A stretch of 64,000 nucleotides of DNA, from NCBI RefSeq assembly GCF_009914755.1, contig NC_060925.1. One strand, written 5' to 3'. The notes beneath the pieces were generated by a model, which saw only the letters and a list, made by a program, of their open reading frames with translations, made no database searches and was not told the origin of the DNA. The stretch comes from the human T2T-CHM13v2.0 reference genome, Homo sapiens. The stretch's first letter is position 1, and every line of letters starts with the position of its first letter. Position numbers and translations under genes: made by a program. This document shows, one piece after another, positions 27,701 through 41,158 of the stretch.

Positions 27701-30700
27701 AAAAGAAAAGTTAAACTCTGTGAGTTGAACGCACACATCACAAAGGAGTTTATGAGAATCATTCTGTCTAGTCTTTATACGAAGATATTTCCTTTTCTAC
27801 CATTGACCTCAAAGCGGCTGAAATCTCCACTTTCAAATTCCACAAAAAGAGTGTTTCAAGTCTGCTCTGTGTAAAGGATCGTTCAACTCTGTGAGTAGAA
27901 TACACACAACACAAGGAAGTTACTGAGAATTCTTCTGTCTAGCAGAATATGAAGAAATCCCGTTTCCAACGAAGGCCTCAAGGAGGTCTGAATATCCACT
28001 TGCAGACTTTACAAACAGAGTGTTTCCTAACTGCTCTATGAACAGAAAGGTTAAACTCTGTGAGTTGAACGCACACATCACAAAGGAGTTTCTGAGAATC
28101 ATTCTGTCTAGTCTTTATATGAAGATATTTACTTTTCTACCATTGACTTCAAAGCGGCTGAAATCTCCACTTGCAAATTCCACAAAAAGAGTGTTTCAAG
28201 TCTGCTCTGTGTAAAGGATCATTCAACTCTGTGAGTTGAATAAACACAACACAAGGAAGTTACTGAGAATTCTTCTGTCTAGCAGAATATGAAGAAATCC
28301 CGTTTCCAACGAAGGCCTCAAGGAGGTCTGAATATCCACTTGCAGACTTTACAAACAGAGTGTTTCCTAACTGCTCTATGAAAAGAAAGGTTAAACTCTG
28401 TGAGTTGAACGCACACATCACAAAGGAGTTTATGAGAATCATTCTGTCTAGTTTCTATAAGAAGATATTTCCTATTCTACCATTGACCTCAAAGCGGCTG
28501 AAATCTCCACTTGCAAATTCGACAAAAAGAGTGTTTCAAGCCTGCTCTCTGTAAAGGATCCTTCAACTCTGTGAGTTGAATACACACAACACAAGGAAGT
28601 TACTGAGAATTATTCTGTCTAGCATAATATGAAGAAATCCCGTTTCCAACGAAGGCCTCAAAGAGGTCTGAATATCCACTTGCAGACTTTACAAACAGAG
28701 TGTTTCCTAACTGCTCTATGAGAAGAAAAGTTAAACTCTGTGAGTTGAACGCACACATCACAAAAGATTTTCTGAGAATCATTCTGTCTAGTCTTTATAT
28801 GAAGATAGTTTCCTTTTCTACCATTGACCTCAAAGCGGCTGAAATCTCCACTTGCAAATTCCACAAAAAGAGTGTTTCAAGTCTGCTCTGTGTAAAGGAT
28901 CGTTCAACTCTGTGAGTTGAATACACACAACACAAGGAAGTTACTGAGAATTCTTCTGTCTAGCAGAATATGAAGAAATCCCGTTTCCAACGAAGGCCAC
29001 AAGATGTCAGAATATCCACTTACAGACTTTACAAACAGAGTGTTTCCTAACTGCTCTATGAACAGAAAGGTTAAACTCTGTGAGTTGAACGAACACATCA
29101 CAACGCAGTTTGTGGGAATGATTCTGTCTAGTTTTGAAACGAAGATATTTCCTTTTCTGCCGTTGACCTTAAAGCGCTTGAAATCTACACTTGCAAATTG
29201 CACAAATAGAGTGTTTCAAATCTGCTCTGTCTAAGGGAACGTTCAACTCTGTGAGTTGAATGCACACAACACAAGGAAGTTACTGGGAATTCTTCTGTCT
29301 AGCCTTACATGAAAAAACCCGTTTCCAACGAAGGCCTCTAAGTGGTCAAAATATACACGTGCAGACTTTACAAACAGAGTGTTTCCAAACCGCTGAATGA
29401 AAAGAAAAGTTAAACTCTGAGAGTTGAACGCACACATCACGCAGCAGTTTCTGAGAATGACTCTGTCTAGTTTTTATACGAAGATATTTCCTTTTCTGCC
29501 TTTGGCCCCAAAGCGCTTGAAATCTCCACTTGCAAATTCCACAAAAACAGTGTTTCAAATCTGCTCTCTCTAAATGAAAGTTCAACTCTGTCAGTTGAAT
29601 ACACACTACACAAGGAAGTTACTGAGAATTCTTCTGTCTAGCATAATATGAAGAAATCCCGTTTCCAACGAAGGCCTCAAAGGGGTCTGAATATCCACTT
29701 GCAGACTTTATAAACAGAGTGTTTACTAACTGCTCTATGAAAAGAAAGGTTAAACTCTGTGAGTTGAACACACACATCACAAAGGAGTTTCTGAGAATCA
29801 TTCTGTCTAGTTTTTCTACGAAGATATTTCCTTTTCTACTATTGACCTGAAAGCGGCTGAAATCTCCACTTGCAAATTCCACAAAAAGAGTGTTTCAAGT
29901 CTGCTCTGTGTAAAGGATCGTTCAACTCTGTGAGTTGAATACACACAACACAAGGAAGTTACTGAGAATTCTTCTGTCTAGCAGAATATGAAGAAATCCC
30001 GTTTCCAACGAAGGCCTCAAAGAGGTCTGAATATCCACATGCAGACTTTACAAACAGAGTGTTTCCTAACTGCTCTATGAAAAGAAAAGTTAAACTCTGT
30101 GAGTTGAACGCACACATCACAAAGGAGTTTATGAGAATCATTCTGTCTAGTCTTTATACGAAGATATTTCCTTTTCTACCATTGACCTCAAAGCGGCTGA
30201 AATCTGCACTTTCAAATTCTACAAAAAGTGTGTTTCAAGTCTGCTCTGTGTAAAGGATCGTTCAACTCTGTGAGTAGAATACACACAACACAAGGAAGTT
30301 ACTGAGAATTATTCTGTCTAGCAGAATATGAAGAAATCCCGTTTCCAACGAAGGCCTCAAGGAGGTCTGAATATCCACTTGCAGACTTTACAAACAGAGT
30401 GTTTCCTAACTGCTCTATGAACAGAAAGGTTAAACTCTGTGAGTTGAACGCACACATCACAAAGGAGTTTCTGAGAATCATTCTGTCTAGTCTTTATACG
30501 AAGATATTTACTTTTCTACCATTGACTTCAAAGCGGCTGAAATCTCCACTTGCAAATTCCACAAAAAGAGTGTTTCAAGTCTGCTCTGTGTAAAGGATCA
30601 TTCAACTCTGTGAGTTGAATAAACACAACACAAGGAAGTTACTGAGAATTCTTCTGTCTAGCAGAATATGAAGAAATCCCGTTTCCAACGAAGGCCTCAA

Positions 30701-33349
30701 GGAGGTCTGAATATCCACTTGCAGACTTTACAAACAGAGTGTTTCCTAACTGCTCTATGAAAAGAAAGGTTAAACTCTGTGAGTTGAACGCACACATCAC
30801 AAAGGAGTTTATGAGAATCATTCTGTCTAGTTTCTATAAGAAGATATTTCCTATTCTACCATTGACCTCAAAGCGGCTGAAATCTCCACTTGCAAATTCG
30901 ACAAAAAGAGTGTTTCAAGCCTGCTCTCTGTAAAGGATCCTTCAACTCTGTGAGTTGAATACACACAACACAAGGAAGTTACTGAGAATTATTCTGTCTA
31001 GCAGAATATGAAGAAATCCCGTTTCCAACGAAGGCCTCAAAGAGGTCTGAATATCCACTTGCAGACTTTACAAACAGAGTGTTTCCTAACTGCTCTATGA
31101 AAAGAAAGGTTAAACTCTGTGAGTTGAACGCACACATCACAAAGGAGTTTATGAGAATCATTCTGTCTAGTTTCTATAAGAAGATATTTCCTATTCTACC
31201 ATTGACCTCAAAGCGGCTGAAATCTCCACTTGCAAATTCCACAAAAAGAGTGTTTCAAGCCTGCTCTCTGTAAAGGATCCTTCAACTCTGTGAGTTGAAT
31301 ACACACAACACAAGGAAGTTACTGAGAATTATTCTGTCTAGCATAATATGAAGAAATCCCGTTTCCAACGAAGGCCTCAAAGAGGTCTGAATATCCACTT
31401 GCAGACTTTACAAACAGAGTGTTTCCTAACTGCTCTATGAGAAGAAAAGTTAAACTCTGTGAGTTGAACGCACACATCACAAAAGATTTTCTGAGAATCA
31501 TTCTGTCTAGTCTTTATATGAAGATAGTTTCCTTTTCTACCATTGACCTCAAAGCGGCTGAAATCTCCACTTGCAAATTCCACAAAAAGAGTGTTTCAAG
31601 TCTGCTCTGTGTAAAGGATCGTTCAACTCTGTGAGTTGAATACACACAACACAAGGAAGTTACTGAGAATTCTTCTGTCTAGCAGAATATGAAGAAATCC
31701 CGTTTCCAACGAAGGCCACAAGATGTCAGAATATCCACTTGCAGACTTTACAAACAGAGTGTTTCCTAACTGCTCTATGAACAGAAAGGTTAAACTCTGT
31801 GAGTTGAACGAACACATCACAACGCAGTTTGTGGGAATGATTCTGTCTAGTTTTGAAACGAAGATATTTCCTTTTCTGCCGTTGACCTTAAAGCGCTTGA
31901 AATCTACACTTGCAAATTGCACAAATAGAGTGTTTCAAATCTGCTCTGTCTAAGGGAACGTTCAACTCTGTGAGTTGAATGCACACAACACAAGGAAGTT
32001 ACTGGGAATTCTTCTGTCTAGCCTTACATGAAAAAACCCGTTTCCAACGAAGGCCTCTAAGTGGTCAAAATATCCACGTGCAGACTTTACAAACAGAGTG
32101 TTTCCAAACCGCTGAATGAAAAGAAAAGTTAAGCTCTGAGAGTTGAACGCACACATCACGCAGCAGTTTCTGAGAATGATTCTGTCTAGTTTTTATACGA
32201 AGATATTTCCTTTTCTGCCTTTGGCCCCAAAGCGCTTGAAATCTCCACTTGCAAATTCCACAAAAACAGTGTTTCAAATCTGCTCTCTCTAAATGAAAGT
32301 TCAACTCTGTCAGTTGAATACACACAACACAAGGAAGTTACTGAGAATTCTTCTGTCTAGCATAATATGAAGAAATCCCGTTTCCAACGAAGGCCTCAAA
32401 GGGGTCTGAATATCCACTTGCAGACTTTATAAACAGAGTGTTTACTAACTGCTCTATGAAAAGAAAGGTTAAACTCTGTGAGTTGAACACACACATCACA
32501 AAGGAGTTTCTGAGAATCATTCTGTCTAGTTTTTCTACGAAGATATTTCCTTTTCTACTATTGACCTGAAAGTGGCTGAAATCTCCACTTGCAAATTCCA
32601 CAAAAAGAGTGTTTCAAGTCTGCTCTGTGTAAAGGATCGTTCAACTCTGTGAGTTGAATACACACAACACAAGAAAGTTACTGAGAATTCTTCTGTCTAG
32701 CAGAATAGGAAGAAATCCCGTTTCCAACGAAGGCCTCAAAGAGGTCTGAATATCCACTTGCAGACTTTACAAACAGAGTGTTTCCTAACTGCTCTATGAA
32801 AAGAAAAGTTAAACTCTGTGAGTTGAACGCACACATCACAAAGGAGTTTCTGAGAATCGTTCTGTCTAGTTTCTATAGGAAGATATTTCCTATTCTACCA
32901 TTGACCTCAAAGCGGCTGAAATCTCCACTTGCAAATTCCACAAAAAGAATGTTTCAAGTCTGCTCTGTGTAAAGGATCGTTCAACTCTGTGAGTTGAATA
33001 CACACAACACAAGGAAGTTACTGAGAATTATTCTGTCTAGCATAATATGAAGAAATCCCGTTTCCAACGAAGGCCTCAAAGAGGTCTGAATATCCACTTG
33101 CAGACTTTACAAACAGAGTGTTTCCTAACTGCTCTATGAAAAGAAAGGTTAAACTCTGTGAGTTGAACGCACACATCACAAAGGAGTTTATGAGAATCAT
33201 TCTGTCTAGTTTCTATAAGAAGATATTTCCTATTCTACCATTGACCTCAAAGCGGCTGAAATCTCCACTTGCAAATTCGACAAAAAGAGTGTTTCAAGCC
33301 TGCTCTCTGTAAAGGATCCTTCAACTCTGTGAGTTGAATACACACAACA

Positions 33350-36300
33350 CAAGGAAGTTACTGAGAATTATTCTGTCTAGCATAATATGAAGAAATCCCG
33401 TTTCCAACGAAGGCCTCAAAGAGGTCTGAATATCCACTTGCAGACTTTACAAACAGAGTGTTTCCTAACTGCTCTATGAGAAGAAAAGTTAAACTCTGTG
33501 AGTTGAACGCACACATCACAAAAGATTTTCTGAGAATCATTCTGTCTAGTCTTTATATGAAGATAGTTTCCTTTTCTACCATTGACCTCAAAGCGGCTGA
33601 AATCTCCACTTGCAAATTCCACAAAAAGAGTGTTTCAAGTCTGCTCTGTGTAAAGGATCGTTCAACTCTGTGAGTTGAATACACACAACAAAAGGAAGTT
33701 ACTGAGAATTCTTCTGTCTAGCAGAATATGAAGAAATCCCGTTTCCAACGAAGGCCACAAGATGTCAGAATATCCACTTGCAGACTTTACAAACAGAGTG
33801 TTTCCTAACTGCTCTATGAACAGAAAGGTTAAACTCTGTGAGTTGAACGAACACATCACAACGCAGTTTGTGGGAATGATTCTGTCTAGTTTTGAAACGA
33901 AGATATTTCCTTTTCTGCCGTTGACCTTAAAGCACTTGAAATCTACACTTGCAAATTGCACAAATAGAGTGTTTCAAATCTGCTCTGTCTAAGGGAACGT
34001 TCAACTCTGTGAGTTGAATGCACACAACACAAGGAAGTTACTGGGAATTCTTCTGTCTAGCCTTACATGAAAAAAACCCGTTTCCAACGAAGGCCTCTAA
34101 GTGGTCAAAATATCCACGTGCAGACTTTACAAACAGAGTGTTTCCAAACCGCTGAATGAAAAGAAAAGTTAAACTCTGAGAGTTCAACGCACACATCACG
34201 CAGCAGTTTCTGAGAATGATTCTGTCTAGTTTTTATACGAAGATATTTCCTTTTCTGCCTTTGGCCCCAAAGCGCTTGAAATCTCCACTTGCAAATTCCA
34301 CAAAAACAGTGTTTCAAATCTGCTCTCTCTAAATGAAAGTTCAACTCTGTCAGTTGAATACACACAACACAAGGAAGTTACTGAGAATTCTTCTGTCTAG
34401 CATAATATGAAGAAATCCCGTTTCCAACGAAGGCCTCAAAGGGGTCTGAATAATCACTTGCAGACTTTATAAACAGAGTGTTTACTAACTGCTCTATGAA
34501 AAGAAAGGTTAAACTCTGTGAGTTGAACACACACATCACAAAGGAGTTTCTGAGAATCATTCTGTCTAGTTTTTCTACGAAGATATTTCCTTTTCTACTA
34601 TTGACCTCAAAGCGGCTGAAATCTCCACTTGCAAATTCCACAAAAAGAGTGTTTCAAGTCTGCTCTGTATAAAGGATCGTTCAACTCTGTGAGTTGAATA
34701 CACACAACACAAGGAAGTTACTGAGAATTCTTCTGTCTAGCAGAATAGGAAGAAATCCCGTTTCCAACGAAGGCCTCAAAGAGGTCTGAATATCCACTTG
34801 CAGACTTTACAAACAGAGTGTTTCCTAACTGCTCTATGAAAAGAAAAGTTAAACTCTGTGAGTTGAACGCACACATCACAAAGGAGTTTCTGAGAATCGT
34901 TCTGTCTAGTTTCTATAGGAAGATATTTCCTATTCTACCATTGACCTCAAAGCGGCTGAAATCTCCACTTGCAAATTCCACAAAAAGAATGTTTCAAGTC
35001 TGCTCTGTGTAAAGGATCGTTCAACTCTGTGAGTTGAATACACACAACACAAGGAAGTTACTGAGAATTATTCTGTCTAGCATAATATGAAGAAATCCCG
35101 TTTCCAGCGAAGGCCTCAAAGAGGTCTGAATATCCACTTGCAGACTTTACAAACAGAGTGTTTCCTAACTGCTCTATGAAAAGAAAAGTTAAACTCTGTG
35201 AGTTGAACGCACACATCACAAAGGAGTTTATGAGAATCATTCTGTCTAGTCTTTATACGAAGATATTTCCTTTTCTACCATTGACCTCAAAGCGGCTGAA
35301 ATCTCCACTTTCAAATTCCACAAAAAGAGTGTTTCAAGTCTGCTCGGTTTAAAGGATCGTTCAACTCTGTGAGTAGAATACACACAACACAAGGAAGTTA
35401 CTGAGAATTCTTCTGTCTAGCAGAATATGAAGAAATCCCGTTTCCAACGAAGGCCTCAAGGAGGTCTGAATATCCACTTGCAGACTTTACAAACAGAGTG
35501 TTTCCTAACTGCTCTATGAGAAGAAAAGTTAAACTCTGTGAGTTGAACGCACACATCACAAAAGATTTTCTGAGAATCATTCTGTCTAGTCTTTATATGA
35601 AGATAGTTTCCTTTTCTACCATTGACCTCAAAGCGGCTGAAATCTCCACTTGCAAATTCCACAAAAAGAGTGTTTCAAGTCTGCTGTGTGTAAAGGATCG
35701 TTCAACTCTGTGAGTTGAATACACACAACACAAGGAAGTTACTGAGAATTCTTCTGTCTAGCAGAATATGAAGAAATCCCGTTTCCAACGAAGGCCACAA
35801 GATGTCAGAATATCCACTTGCAGACTTTACAAACAGAGTGTTTCCTAACTGCTCTATGAACAGAAAGGTTAAACTCTGTGAGTTGAACGAACACATCACA
35901 ACGCAGTTTGTGGGAATGATTCTGTCTAGTTTTGAAACGAAGATATTTCCTTTTCTGCCGTTGACCTTAAAGCGCTTGAAATCTACACTTGCAAATTGCA
36001 CAAATAGAGTGTTTCAAATCTGCTCTGTCTAAGGGAACGTTCAACTCTGTGAGTTGAATGCACACAACACAAGGAAGTTACTGGGAATTCTTCTGTCTAG
36101 CCTTACATGAAAAAACCCGTTTCCAACGAAGGCCTCTAAGTGGTCAAAATATCCACGTGCAGACTTTACAAACAGAGTGTTTCCAAACCGCTGAATGAAA
36201 AGAAAAGTTAAGCTCTGAGAGTTGAACGCACACATCACGCAGCAGTTTCTGAGAATGATTCTGTCTAGTTTTTATACGAAGATATTTCCTTTTCTGCCTT

Positions 36301-39250
36301 TGGCCCCAAAGCGCTTGAAATCTCCACTTGCAAATTCCACAAAAACAGTGTTTCAAATCTGCTCTCTCTAAATGAAAGTTCAACTCTGTCAGTTGAATAC
36401 ACACAACACAAGGAAGTTACTGAGAATTCTTCTGTCTAGCATAATATGAAGAAATCCCGTTTCCAACGAAGGCCTCAAAGGGGTCTGAATATCCACTTGC
36501 AGACTTTATAAACAGAGTGTTTACTAACTGCTCTATGAAAAGAAAGGTTAAACTCTGTGAGTTGAACACACATATCACAAAGGAGTTTCTGAGAATCATT
36601 CTGTCTAGTTTTTCTACGAAGATATTTCCTTTTCTACTATTGACCTCAAAGCGGCTGAAATCTCCACTTGCAAATTCCACAAAAAGAGTGTTTCAAGTCT
36701 GCTCTGTGTAAAGGATCGTTCAACTCTGTGAGTTGAATACACACAACACAAGGAAGTTACTGAGAATTCTTCTGTCTAGCAGAATAGGAAGAAATCCCGT
36801 TTCCAACGAAGGCCTCAAAGAGGTCTGAATATCCACTTGCAGACTTTACAAACAGAGTGTTTCCTAACTGCTCTATGAAAAGAAAAGTTAAACTCTGTGA
36901 GTTGAACGCACACATCACAAAGGAGTTTCTGAGAATCGTTCTGTCTAGTTTCTATAGGAAGATATTTCCTATTCTACCATTGACCTCAAAGCGGCTGAAA
37001 TCTCCACTTGCAAATTCCACAAAAAGAATGTTTCAAGTCTGCTCTGTGTAAAGGATCGTTCAACTCTGTGAGTTGAATACACACAACACAAGGAAGTTAC
37101 TGAGAATTATTCTGTCTAGCATAATATGAAGAAATCCCGTTTCCAGCGAAGGCCTCAAAGAGGTCTGAATATCCACTTGCAGACTTTACAAACAGAGTGT
37201 TTCCTAACTGCTCTATGAAAAGAAAAGTTAAACTCTGTGAGTTGAACGCACACATCACAAAGGAGTTTATGAGAATCATTCTGTCTAGTCTTTATACGAA
37301 GATATTTCCTTTTCTACCATTGACCTCAAAGCGGCTGAAATCTCCACTTTCAAATTCCACAAAAAGTGTGTTTCAAGTCTGCTCTGTGTAAAGGATCGTT
37401 CAACTCTGTGAGTAGAATACACACAACACAAGGAAGTTACTGAGAATTCTTCTGTCTAGCAGAATATGAAGAAATCCCGTTTCCAACGAAGGCCTCAAGG
37501 AGGTCTGAATATCCACTTGCAGACTTTACAAACAGAGTGTTTCCTAACTGCTCTATGAGAAGAAAAGTTAAACTCTGTGAGTTGAACGCACACATCACAA
37601 AAGATTTTCTGAGAATCATTCTGTCTAGTCTTTATATGAAGATAGTTTCCTTTTCTACCATTGACCTCAAAGCGGCTGAAATCTCCACTTGCAAATTCCA
37701 CAAAAAGAGTGTTTCAAGTCTGCTGTGTGTAAAGGATCGTTCAACTCTGTGAGTTGAATACACACAACACAAGGAAGTTACTGAGAATTATTCTGTCTAG
37801 CAGAATATGAAGAAATCCCGTTTCCAACGAAGGCCACAAGATGTCAGAATATCCACTTGCAGACTTTACAAACAGAGTGTTTCCTAACTGCTCTATGAAC
37901 AGAAAGGTTAAACTCTGTGAGTTGAACGAACACATCACAACGCAGTTTGTGGGAATGATTCTGTCTAGTTTTGAAACGAAGATATTTCCTTTTCTGCCGT
38001 TGACCTTAAAGCGCTTGAAATCTACACTTGCAAATTGCACAAATAGAGTGTTTCAAATCTGCTCTGTCTAAGGGAACGTTCAACTCTGTGAGTTGAATGC
38101 ACACAACACAAGGAAGTTACTGGGAATTCTTCTGTCTAGCCTTACATGAAAAAACCCGTTTCCAACGAAGGCCTCTAAGTGGTCAAAATATCCACGTGCA
38201 GACTTTACAAACAGAGTGTTTCCAAACCGCTGAATGAAAAGAAAAGTTAAGCTCTGAGAGTTGAACGCACACATCACGCAGCAGTTTCTGAGAATGATTC
38301 TGTCTAGTTTTTATACGAAGATATTTCCTTTTCTGCCTTTGGCCCCAAAGCGCTTGAAATCTCCACTTGCAAATTCCACAAAAACAGTGTTTCAAATCCG
38401 CTCTCTCTAAATGAAAGTTCAACTCTGTCAGTTGAATACACACAACACAAGGAAGTTACTGAGAATTCTTCTGTCTAGCATAATATGAAGAAATCCCGTT
38501 TCCAACGAAGGCCTCAAAGGGGTCTGAATATCCACTTGCAGACTTTATAAACAGAGTGTTTACTAACTGCTCTATGAAAAGAAAGGTTAAACTCTGTGAG
38601 TTGAACACACACATCACAAAGGAGTTTCTGAGAATCATTCTGTCTAGTTTTTCTACGAAGATATTTCCTTTTCTACTATTGACCTGAAAGCGGCTGAAAT
38701 CTCCACTTGCAAATTCCACAAAAAGAGTGTTTCAAGTCTGCTCTGTGTAAAGGATCGTTCAACTCTGTGAGTTGAATACACACAACACAAGGAAGTTACT
38801 GAGAATGCTTCTGTCTAGCAGAATAGGAAGAAATCCCGTTTCCAACGAAGGCCTCAAAGAGGTCTGAATATCCACTTGCAGACTTTACAAACAGAGTGTT
38901 TCCTAACTGCTCTATGAAAAGAAAAGTTAAACTCTGTGAGTTGAACGCACACATCACAAAGGAGTTTCTGAGAATCGTTCTGTCTAGTTTCTATAGGAAG
39001 ATATTTCCTATTCTACCATTGACCTCAAAGCGGCTGAAATCTCCACTTGCAAATTCCACAAAAAGAATGTTTCAAGTCTGCTCTGTGTAAAGGATCGTTC
39101 AACTCTGTGAGTTGAATACACACAACACAAGGAAGTTACTGAGAATTATTCTGTCTAGCATAATATGAAGAAATCCCGTTTCCAGCGAAGGCCTCAAAGA
39201 GGTCTGAATATCCACTTGCACACTTTACAAACAGAGTGTTTCCTAACTGC
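33350..39250. repeat. Three consecutive related 12-mer HORs (~2039 bp period)
   Basis: Core spacings are 2039/2039. The CENP-B box variant ccagcg occurs at 35107, 37146 and 39185, and ctgctgtgtg at ~35686 and ~37725. Confidence 0.75.
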
Positions 39251-41158
39251 TCTATGAACAGAAAGGTTTAACTCTGTGAGTTGAACGCACACATCACAAA
39301 GGAGTTTCTGAGAATCATTCTGTCTCGTCTTTATACGAAGATATTTACTTTTCTACCATTGACCTCAAAGCGGCTGAAATCTCCACTTGCAAATTCCACA
39401 AAAAGAGTGTTTCAAGTCTGCTCTGTGTAAAGGATCATTCAACTCTGTGAGTTGAATAAACACAACACAAGGAAGTTACTGAGAATTCTTCTGTCTAGCA
39501 GAATATGAAGAAATCACGTTTCCAACGAAGGCCACAAGATGTCAGAATATCCACTTGCAGACTTTACAAACAGAGTGTTTCCTAACTGCTCTATGAACAG
39601 AAAGGTTAAACTCTGTGAGTTGAACGAACACATCACAACGCAGTTTGTGGGAATGATTCTGTCTAGTTTTGAAACGAAGATATTTCCTTTTCTGCCGTTG
39701 ACCTTAAAGCGCTTGAAATCTACACTTGCAAATTGCACAAATAGAGTGTTTCAAATCTGCTCTGTCTAAGGGAACGTTCAACTCTGTGAGTTGAATGCAC
39801 ACAACACAAGGAAGTTACTGGGAATTCTTCTGTCTAGCCTTACATGAAAAAAACCCGTTTCCAACGAAGGCCTCTAAGTGGTCAAAATATCCACGTGCAG
39901 ACTTTACAAACAGAGTGTTTCCAAACCGCTGAATGAAAAGAAAAGTTAAACTCTGAGAGTTCAACGCACACATCACGCAGCAGTTTCTGAGAATGATTCT
40001 GTCTAGTTTTTATACGAAGATATTTCCTTTTCTGCCTTTGGCCCCAAAGCGCTTGAAATCTCCACTTGCAAATTCCACAAAAACAGTGTTTCAAATCTGC
40101 TCTCTCTAAATGAAAGTTCAACTCTGTCAGTTGAATACACACAACACAAGGAAGTTACTGAGAATTCTTCTGTCTAGCATAATATGAAGAAATCCCGTTT
40201 CCAACGAAGGCCTCAAAGGGGTCTGAATATCCACTTGCAGACTTTATAAACAGAGTGTTTACTAACTGCTCTATGAAAAGAAAGGTTAAACTCTGTGAGT
40301 TGAACACACACATCACAAAGGAGTTTCTGAGAATCATTCTTTCTAGTTTTTCTACGAAGATATTTCCTTTTCTACTATTGACCTCAAAGCGGCTGAAATC
40401 TCCACTTGCAAATTCCACAAAAAGAGTGTTTCAAGTCTGCTCTGTGTAAAGGATCGTTCAACTCTGTGAGTTGAATACACACAACACAAGGAAGTTACTG
40501 AGAATTCTTCTGTCTAGCAGAATAGGAAGAAATCCCGTTTCCAACGAAGGCCTCAAAGAGGTCTGAATATCCACTTGCAGACTTTACAAACAGAGTGTTT
40601 CCTAACTGCTCTATGAAACGAAAGGTTAAACTCTGTGAGTTGAACGCACACATCACAAAGGAGTTTCTGAGAATCGTTCTGTCTAGTTTCTATAGGAAGA
40701 TATTTCCTATTCTACCATTGACCTCAAAGCGGCTGAAATCTCCACTTGCAAATTCCACAAAAAGAATGTTTCAAGTCTGCTCTGTGTAAAGGATCGTTCA
40801 ACTCTGTGAGTTGAATACACACAACACAAGGAAGTTACTGAGAATTCTTCTGTCTAGCAGAATATGAAGAAATCCCGTTTCCAACGAAGGCCTCAAAGAG
40901 GTCTGAATATCCACTTGCAGACTTTACAAACAGAGTGTTTCCTAACTGCTCTATGAAAAGAAAAGTTAAACTCTGTGAGTTGAACGCACACATCACAAAG
41001 GAGTTTCTGAGAATCATTCTGTCTAGTCTTTATACGAAGATATTTCCTTTTCTACCATTGACCTCAAAGCGGCTGAAATCTCCACTTGCAAATTCCACAA
41101 AAAGAGTGTTTCAAGTCTGCTCTGTGTAAAGGATCGTACAACTCTGTGAGTTGAATAC

